Source: a virus
Virus record (IMG/VR): IMGVR_UViG_3300021420_000021
Location: 30,267 to 94,266 of that record
Direction: 5' to 3' (one strand)
Length of the DNA: 64,000 nucleotides
Shown here: positions 57,637-64,000 of the stretch, piece after piece
Layout of the letters: every line of letters starts with the position of its first letter
How positions within the stretch are numbered: the first letter of the stretch is position 1
Made by a program: the position numbers and the translations under genes
The notes under the pieces: generated by a model
What the model saw: the letters and a program-made list of their open reading frames with translations, nothing else
What the model was told of the DNA's origin: nothing
The model's database searches: none

Positions 57637-57897
57637 TCATACTATTAACTCTTCTTGACTCGCGCATATGCCTAAAATCATTTGCTTACACGATTCAGGA
57701 TCAGGATCAACAATCGAATATGTCCATTGCTTGTTTCCGTCCGGGCCATTCCAATATTCCATTAAACTGCGCGTATTCGTCTTTGGCACAATCGGCTGCG
57801 CATACGCAGTTAGCGACATTATTACATCTGGAAATGTGCCTTTACTCACTGCCCGGATCATAACTTTATCTGTATCTGTCCCGTCATCCAAAATCAT
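57637..57897 (-). CDS. hypothetical protein
   Basis: SD GAGGA, coupled. Confidence 0.5.
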   Translation of the reverse strand: MILDDGTDTDKVMIRAVSKGTFPDVIMSLTAYAQPIVPKTNTRSLMEYWNGPDGNKQWTYSIVDPDPESCKQMILGICASQEELIV

Positions 57898-58280
57898 ATG
57901 GCCGATTCCTCTTGTTTGCCCGAATGATTGAAATATCTCACACGAGTTACTCCCGCGAGTCGCGCCAGTTCAAGACAATTTGCACAAGGCTTTGAACATC
58001 CGAGACTGCCGTCTGCTCGTCTACGCGCAACATAAAGAGTCAATCTTGCGCCTACGTCATAATAGTTGCGCCTAATCAAAGCTACGTGTTCCGCGTGAAT
58101 CGTCCGAACGAATGCCCGATTGTCTGAATCAGGATGAGTCGAATTCCAGCGATTTGCGCCGACTGACAAAAGTCGATTGCCCGAAAATAACGCAGCGCCC
58201 ATCCGTAATCCCGGACGCGGCGCGTTACTTAACAAAGCGGTCGCCAATGCGACATCGAAACCTCGGGCGATAGAATTCAT
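57894..58280 (-). CDS. cytidine/dCMP deaminase-family protein
   Basis: HAE...SKPCANC Zn motif. Confidence 0.8.
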   Translation of the reverse strand: MNSIARGFDVALATALLSNAPRPGLRMGAALFSGNRLLSVGANRWNSTHPDSDNRAFVRTIHAEHVALIRRNYYDVGARLTLYVARRRADGSLGCSKPCANCLELARLAGVTRVRYFNHSGKQEESAI

Positions 58281-58626
58281 AATTAGATCAGAACTTGATC
58301 AGAACTTAATCAGCACATAACAAATTAGTGCCATGACCGCTAGAGTCGCAATTATCGGCCCAAAATGAACGATCAATCCCCACCACAGAAATACATTCAC
58401 GATCAGTGCGATAAGAACAACCGTGAGAAATCGCCAATTTAGAGTCATAAACCTCCAACAGAACCAAGGCAGCCGCTTTTGGCTGCCCCGACTCCGTTCC
58501 ATTACTTCTTTTTGGGCGCAAATTTGCCGATGTTAGCGAATATTTCTTCATCCGATGCTGTTACAGCGCGATAAAGAATCTTTTCAATCAATTTTTTAGA
58601 TGCTTTAGGTGTCTGTTTCTTTGCCA

Positions 58627-59532
58627 TTAGCTTACCTCCGTTTCTGGCGCGGCTCTGAATTTCCTTCCACGTACCTCGACTAACGCGCCGATACTCTGTG
58701 TAACTTCTTTGAATTGCGATTGCAAATCGAGTCTCAAAGTCTCAGAATTCTTGATCTTTTCAACGTCAATACCGGACATAATCGCTTTCAATTTGTCCAT
58801 TTCGATCTGCAATTCCTTCGAGTCAGTGACATTTCTGAGATCAAACGTATTCAGAAATTCTTGCAACTTCGTGACGTGTACGGCGTACAATTTCTTCGAC
58901 TTTCCATCCGCGTCAGGAGTCAATCGGTCAAGAAGAGTTTGTACAAGTTCATGTGCCGTTGTCGCAAGCGCTTGCCCGATTCCAGCAGCCGCTTCCATCA
59001 GCATCTCATGCGCTTTTTCTTTCTCCGCCGCGAATACGCCCGGAGCAACTGACTTGAGATGACCGGGAACTGAGAAAGAAATGAATTGATAAGTGAAAGT
59101 GAACTGCGCTCGGACTTCTTCTTTTGTGGGAAATTCTTTTGCGATGAAATGCTCTTTCAATTCGATTTCCGCTTGATCAATCTGATCGTCATAAACTCCG
59201 ATAAACGCGTCAACGAGTGCCGGACGAGTTTGAGTGTAATTATGAAGAATCGCATCGATCTGCTCAATCGCCGCAATCGGCGCAAAACGAATTCCGACAT
59301 CATAAGGCAGACAAATCGCGTCAATCTGTGCCTTAATCTCGTTATCTGCTTTTGCAATCGCCTTTAATTCGGGCGAAACGAGCAATTTCTTTTGGTGAGT
59401 AAACCGCGATTCGACCGCCTCAGATTGGATTCCGATATCGACTTTGCGCGTAACTCCGAATCGGCCAAAGTTGAGACGTAGAAAAACCGTTTTGTCAATC
59501 AGTGAATCTAGATTAGTCGTTTCGATTGTCAT
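58627..59532 (-). CDS. DUF3150-like helical protein
   Basis: KKLL...L..I, ..FP..EEVR..F, F..RNV...EL, LR pattern; SD AGGAG. Confidence 0.6.
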   Translation of the reverse strand: MTIETTNLDSLIDKTVFLRLNFGRFGVTRKVDIGIQSEAVESRFTHQKKLLVSPELKAIAKADNEIKAQIDAICLPYDVGIRFAPIAAIEQIDAILHNYTQTRPALVDAFIGVYDDQIDQAEIELKEHFIAKEFPTKEEVRAQFTFTYQFISFSVPGHLKSVAPGVFAAEKEKAHEMLMEAAAGIGQALATTAHELVQTLLDRLTPDADGKSKKLYAVHVTKLQEFLNTFDLRNVTDSKELQIEMDKLKAIMSGIDVEKIKNSETLRLDLQSQFKEVTQSIGALVEVRGRKFRAAPETEVS

Positions 59533-59626
59533 TGTTTTGTTTCTCCTGTCGTACTTGATATAACTCTTTGAGTGTATCTCGAATTATCAGCCGATACGTT
59601 GCAGCTTTAAAAGACGCACTAACCGC

Positions 59627-59655
59627 ATTCTCTAGCAAATAAATTGCGCTGTCAA
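59627..59655 (-). promoter_or_regulatory. sigma70-like promoter
   Basis: TTGACA-17 bp-GAGAAT. Confidence 0.5.
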
Positions 59656-59678
59656 GTGAATTTAATTTGCCGATCATT

Positions 59679-60077
59679 TTACTCTCCTATAAACCACGAA
59701 TTCAAAAATTTTATTTCTGCGTCGATTGCGTCTTTCCTGTTGCGCCATGTTTTAACGCACTCGCCCGTATTATCCCACAACGGACGTACGACGTTAGGAT
59801 AAACATGCTTGTATCGTAGAATCGGCCCGCCTACAGGTTTTGTATTGACTCTCCAGAAAATCGGCCAATTTCTCGTAAACTCTGACATTCGGCCTTTGTC
59901 GCCTAAAACTTGTCGCAGGCCGTGAAAGATTATACGAAGTACAAAGTTATTCGGTTCGACGTGACTCGCCCGCGAAACATTCGCACCTTCGAGTAATGGA
60001 CTTTCGTGCATGAATTCTAGGACGAGAAATTTCATATCGCCCGATTCATCGATTACGAATGTAAGTTCTTGGGGCAT
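59679..60077 (-). CDS. conserved hypothetical RASHVEP-motif protein
   Basis: TAATG-coupled start MPQELTFVIDESG; SRASHVEP, W......VGGP.L, R.DA..AE. Confidence 0.65.
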   Translation of the reverse strand: MPQELTFVIDESGDMKFLVLEFMHESPLLEGANVSRASHVEPNNFVLRIIFHGLRQVLGDKGRMSEFTRNWPIFWRVNTKPVGGPILRYKHVYPNVVRPLWDNTGECVKTWRNRKDAIDAEIKFLNSWFIGE

Positions 60078-60268
60078 TAGTTTTTCTGCTGCAATTTTGT
60101 CTGTGTCAAACACGGCCTGTTGAATTCCGGTTTGTGCGTCACATGGTCCGACTTTCCGACCGCACGCGCAAAACCTTCCTGAATTGCGGCACAACCTTTA
60201 CCTTGATATCCAGCAAGATCAACAGAAACTTCGCCGGATTCATCAATTTCCACAGTTATGATTTTCAT
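60077..60268 (-). CDS. DUF2997-like protein
   Basis: ITVEIDESGEV.....GYQGKGC...KPEF. Confidence 0.7.
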   Translation of the reverse strand: MKIITVEIDESGEVSVDLAGYQGKGCAAIQEGFARAVGKSDHVTHKPEFNRPCLTQTKLQQKN

Positions 60269-60278
60269 ATATTCCTTT

Positions 60279-60680
60279 CTACGCTTGCAAATATTTGATA
60301 ACAGTCTTTCCGTTTACGACTTGGCGCGACATCAATTTTGCGCCGATTCGCTTTGCTTCTTTCGCAGTCGTTCGATTTGCGTAGTTCTTCTTTAGATCAG
60401 TTAACCATTTTGTATTGTGTTTGCCCGAGTCGAACTGAGAAATGATGGCCGAATATCTGCCATCAGGAGTCTTGACAAAGCCGATGTCATTCGCGGCAGC
60501 GCCTACAAACTTGCGCCGAACTATGACATTCGCTTTCTCGGGCCGAGTATCGCCGTGATATCCCACTAAGTTTTGCGCTTCGTCATGAACTTCGACATTA
60601 TTATAACCCATATCGCCCAAAGCAGCAACAAGGCATTCACGATCTTTGTACTGCGTTTCGAGACTTGCGTAAGCTGACAT
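60279..60680 (-). CDS. DUF1257 (Ycf35-like) protein
   Basis: MS.Y....T...D...L..AL..MG...L.GY.G...A.V.......NDIGF....DGRY. Confidence 0.75.
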   Translation of the reverse strand: MSAYASLETQYKDRECLVAALGDMGYNNVEVHDEAQNLVGYHGDTRPEKANVIVRRKFVGAAANDIGFVKTPDGRYSAIISQFDSGKHNTKWLTDLKKNYANRTTAKEAKRIGAKLMSRQVVNGKTVIKYLQA

Positions 60681-60781
60681 AATTTTCTCCTAGTAGTAAA
60701 TCGCGTACCAGCGCTGAAGTTTTATGCTCCGAACAAGTTGATAATTTCTAATTTTCTTCATAAATTCGGCCCTCTACAACG

Positions 60782-60809
60782 ATTATACACGTACAAAATC
60801 TTGTGTCAA
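60782..60809 (-). promoter_or_regulatory. sigma70 consensus promoter
   Basis: TTGACA-16 bp-TATAAT. Confidence 0.75.
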
Positions 60810-60936
60810 GCTTTCTTTTCGCCCGATTTTGCCCGAAAGTGCTATTACTAAAGTTACTCCGCTCGGATTTTCAAAATGGCGTTTATCTCACATGCAATCC
60901 AGCCGACTGCAATTCCAAACATAAACCCAAAATATA

Positions 60937-62493
60937 TCATCGCATTTTCCTTCCCGTAGTCGTAACAGTCGGGACGTGTGTAATCTCAGTCTTAGGCGCG
61001 GTATAAGTATAAAGGCCCGGATGTGACGCGCTAAGAAAGCGATTGTGGGCCGATTGCTGTAATTCCGCCATTGCTTCCGAATGTGACTTCATCAAAGGCA
61101 CGACATAGCGCGAAGCTTCCATGAGTGTCGAACCCATCATATCGGCTTTGTCACACATCGAATCGATTTCGCGCCCGGTAAACATATCCATTTCTGGAAT
61201 CTCTGTCGTTTGCTCGGACGTGAGTTTATATTTCGCAATTTTCAGTCTCAGAATCTCGGCTCGTTCATCGGCATTCGGAGGAGCGAAAAAGAAAATTCCA
61301 CCTTTCTCGAATCGTGAGATTAACTCTGCGGGCAGACCGCGCAAACTATTCGCAGTCGCGCATAACAAGATTTGACCATCAGATATCGCTTCGACTACCG
61401 CTTCAGCGTTTCGTAAATTCTTGCCCGAATTGCCGACTAAAGAATCTTGCATTCCCGCGATATCGAAATTTATGACCGGAACCTCGAATTCTCCTCCGAG
61501 ACAGTAAATGATATGCGACTTCGATGCTCCGGGAACGCCAAGAAACAACGTACAGACAACTTTCTTGTCTTCGACCCACGAAAGAAAGTTCCCGAGTAAA
61601 TCGCCCTTGACTCCACTTGTATCAGTTCCCGCCCCCGCAAAGGCTTTCTCGATTTCATCAACGCGGAGAATTACTTTCGCACCACGTTTTCCTTTCATGA
61701 TCTGCGTCAGATACGTTTTGATGTTCGTTAATCCGCCTGCGTCTTTCAGTGTTTCCGGGCCTGTGTAAAAGCTAAGACCGGGACACGCGGAAACGATATC
61801 GCGCTTTCTCTGCCACATTCCAGCGATATCTAATTTGCTCGTTTTTAGATCGATGTGCATTGCCGTTGCTTGGTCCGAAGGGAATGCCGCGATTCCGACA
61901 AGTGCGTCAGCACTTTTCTCTAATATTTCTTCAGTCGGAGTTTTTGCGCCCGCGAATCCGAAACAGTCTTTTACGATCTGTTTAAGTTCGGCCCGAGTTG
62001 GCAATGGTTCTTCTAATGCGAGAACATCGTTATTCAATTCAGGTGGAAGAACAGTTCCGAGAACAGACAATAACACAAGCATATTTCCATTTGCTTTGTA
62101 CGAGTCTCGGACATTCCAAATGCCTTGTAGAACGAGTGGATCAGCCCAAAACAAATGTATATTGTGTACAAAACAGATGACATCTTCTGATGCGTATTCA
62201 AGGGCCGATAACGCAATCGGCAATTGCGCAGTCGCGCCCGCATCGACCTGAATCTTGCTAATCATGCTTGCGACTTCGGCAGAACCTTTGTCATTCTTGC
62301 CAATCAAACCGTGAATCGCATCCCAAGATACAAGCGGAGTTTTGTTAATCAATTCTTCGCCCGCAGTTTTCGTAAGTCCGGTAATCAAAGCTTTGCGGAC
62401 GTTTGTAATTGTCGAAGCGGCATCAGATGTTCTGACGCTGATAATCGGCGTACTGACGGCGCGTGCGGCGATAAATTGCTTTAGAAAATTCAC
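60937..62493 (-). CDS. Ycf46-like AAA+ ATPase with permuted motif order
   Basis: Degenerate N-terminal AAA, then GGLTNIK, Walker B VILRVDEIEK before Walker A GVPGASKS, SLVG, sensor ATAN, LPAELISRF. Confidence 0.8.
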   Translation of the reverse strand: MNFLKQFIAARAVSTPIISVRTSDAASTITNVRKALITGLTKTAGEELINKTPLVSWDAIHGLIGKNDKGSAEVASMISKIQVDAGATAQLPIALSALEYASEDVICFVHNIHLFWADPLVLQGIWNVRDSYKANGNMLVLLSVLGTVLPPELNNDVLALEEPLPTRAELKQIVKDCFGFAGAKTPTEEILEKSADALVGIAAFPSDQATAMHIDLKTSKLDIAGMWQRKRDIVSACPGLSFYTGPETLKDAGGLTNIKTYLTQIMKGKRGAKVILRVDEIEKAFAGAGTDTSGVKGDLLGNFLSWVEDKKVVCTLFLGVPGASKSHIIYCLGGEFEVPVINFDIAGMQDSLVGNSGKNLRNAEAVVEAISDGQILLCATANSLRGLPAELISRFEKGGIFFFAPPNADERAEILRLKIAKYKLTSEQTTEIPEMDMFTGREIDSMCDKADMMGSTLMEASRYVVPLMKSHSEAMAELQQSAHNRFLSASHPGLYTYTAPKTEITHVPTVTTTGRKMR

Positions 62494-62939
62494 TTTATTC
62501 TCCTTGGTTCGCCCGTTTCCGGATCAACGTGCCTAAAGAACACGACACGATAGCCCGTCGCATCTGATCCCCTGTGATGATTGCCCATATCTCCGTGCCG
62601 CGCTGTCCATCCATCAACCTCAAACGGCGCGAGAGCTTTGGCGATTCTTTCTTCTGATCCTTCGCCATAAGTATTGTCATTTGTGAAAGGAACGAATTCC
62701 TCTTTGTTCTCTGCTTTCATGCCAATAGGCGCGTCTGAAAACCACTCCATTTGTGCAGCACCTTGGGAACTTGTAAGCGCCTTTGTAAACTCATCAAGCG
62801 CCATCCAAACTTCACAGACGCGACAGCCGCTAATCTTGTCTGTAATAGTAATGTGCATCGGAATCGCGTTTCGACTACCTTGACTTCTGCACATCTGCAC
62901 TGTAGCGGCCAGCGTCTTTGATCCATTCGTTATTTTCAC
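62490..62939 (-). CDS. hypothetical protein
   Basis: SD GGAG, coupled to the AAA gene. Confidence 0.6.
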   Translation of the reverse strand: MKITNGSKTLAATVQMCRSQGSRNAIPMHITITDKISGCRVCEVWMALDEFTKALTSSQGAAQMEWFSDAPIGMKAENKEEFVPFTNDNTYGEGSEERIAKALAPFEVDGWTARHGDMGNHHRGSDATGYRVVFFRHVDPETGEPRRIK

Positions 62940-63462
62940 TTTGATTTCTCCATGAATAGCGGGTCAACTCGGTAATATCCGATTCGCCCATCTGTGTAAT
63001 ATCGATATTCAACATCTTCGTAAATAAACCCAATCTTGCGCGAGTTAACTAGCTTGTTTAGCGCCTGTTCTTGCTCTGGCGTGCAATCGGGCCAATTTCT
63101 CATTGTCGGCCCGCCTTCGTCATAAACGGGCGCGAATTCATCTCTAATGGGTCCGTAATACGTTCACCGTTAATCATCCAATCGAGCAAATCATGGTCAA
63201 CAGGTGCGAGTCCGCACAAAGCACAACCTTTGCCTGTATATGAGTTGTGTACTGTAAAAAGATGCTTTGGATCAATCATCGTTTTACTCCGATCAGTTTA
63301 CAGAATACACTGATTTTACATTCGGCGCAAATCAAATCGCCCGATGCGACCGGACTTCCGCAAACGCCACATGCGTTAGTGCTCGGTTTTGGCGTTTTCG
63401 GCCCGCGCTCTGATTTCTTAATTGCAATTCGTGAATACGACATGATTTTTCCTCGCTCGGAT

Positions 63463-64000
63463 TTAGTAATTTTCCGCTTCCGTTCGCGTGATAAAGAAAT
63501 GAATTCCGCCACCGCATTCGATCCATCGATCTTCATTCCATTTATCACATTTTACGATCTTGCCGACGCGATACTCCGTTTTATTATCGTATTGACTAAT
63601 GCCAACTTCTGCGCCGATGACTTCGAGAACTTTGACGTATTCGGCACGACATTTTCGTCCTGTGGCGTTACTTCGCTTTGCGTTCTTGCCGACTAAAACT
63701 TTCACGATTACGTCGTTATTACATTTCTTCCAGCCTGTGATCTGCCCGACTTCAGGCACAATAGACGATTGTGCAGCCAATAGCGGCGAGATGTTTTTCG
63801 CACCAGAAAGGTCCGCACTACGAAGGTTCGCACCATAAAGGTCCGCACTACGAAGGTCCGCACCATAAAGGTCCGCACCAGAAAGGTCCGCACTACGAAG
63901 GTTCGCACCAGAAAGGTCCGCACTACGAAGGTTCGCACCAGAAAGGTCCGCACTACGAAGGTTCGCACCAGAAAGGTCCGCACTACGAAGGTTCGCACCA
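63463..64000 (-). CDS. pentapeptide-repeat protein with DUF5758-like C-terminal domain (5' truncated by the window edge)
   Basis: Open frame [10 protein letters not shown] repeats, then GWKK...[14 protein letters not shown]...[14 protein letters not shown]. Confidence 0.85.
   Translation of the reverse strand, partial: GANLRSADLSGANLRSADLSGANLRSADLSGANLRSADLSGADLYGADLRSADLYGANLRSADLSGAKNISPLLAAQSSIVPEVGQITGWKKCNNDVIVKVLVGKNAKRSNATGRKCRAEYVKVLEVIGAEVGISQYDNKTEYRVGKIVKCDKWNEDRWIECGGGIHFFITRTEAENY
63799..64000. repeat. 15/30-bp coding tandem repeat
   Basis: CGCACCAGAAAGGTCCGCACTACGAAGGTT x~6.7, encoding A(D/N)Lxx pentapeptides. Confidence 0.9.

Noticed and set aside
63708-63998. [14 protein letters not shown]...
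   Set aside because: Alternative frame of the pentapeptide repeat
63799-64000. Regular repeat as a CRISPR array
   Set aside because: No unique spacers; the 15/30-bp units encode in-frame pentapeptide repeats
1-64000. Stop-codon reassignment
   Set aside because: Genes are full length and tightly packed in the standard code, with TAA, TAG and TGA all used as stops

Overview
A 64 kb segment of a tailed dsDNA phage (or prophage) genome with podovirus-like architecture and the standard genetic code. The + strand (1-39038) carries the late genes. It opens with the 3' end of a probable major capsid gene interrupted by a group I intron. Next come three paralogous Ig-like decoration-type proteins, head/tail connector paralogs, a 1632-aa tail nozzle-like protein and three ejection-type internal virion proteins. 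Lysis candidates, a small nucleotide-metabolism cluster and several fibre/spike proteins follow. The - strand (39039-64000) carries early/middle genes under sigma70-like promoters: an outer-membrane beta-barrel, a protein kinase, recA, an SF2 helicase, a stand-alone ClpB-D2 ATPase, an Rnl1 RNA ligase, nucleases, a deaminase, a five-gene AAA/DUF1257/DUF2997/DUF3150-like module and a pentapeptide-repeat protein. Highlights: (1) DUF3494 ice-binding-type domains inserted into two different virion proteins; (2) a kissing-hairpin element, with covarying loops, that overlaps the Shine-Dalgarno of two nucleases and, more weakly, a cell-wall hydrolase homologue; (3) a ~170-nt two-domain structured RNA with complementary loops in the head cluster; (4) an AAA+ ATPase with Walker B encoded before Walker A; (5) a small overprinted ORF inside the end of the largest ejection protein. 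The host is probably diderm; Acidobacteriota is only a guess. Family names come from motif recognition by eye, not from database searches.
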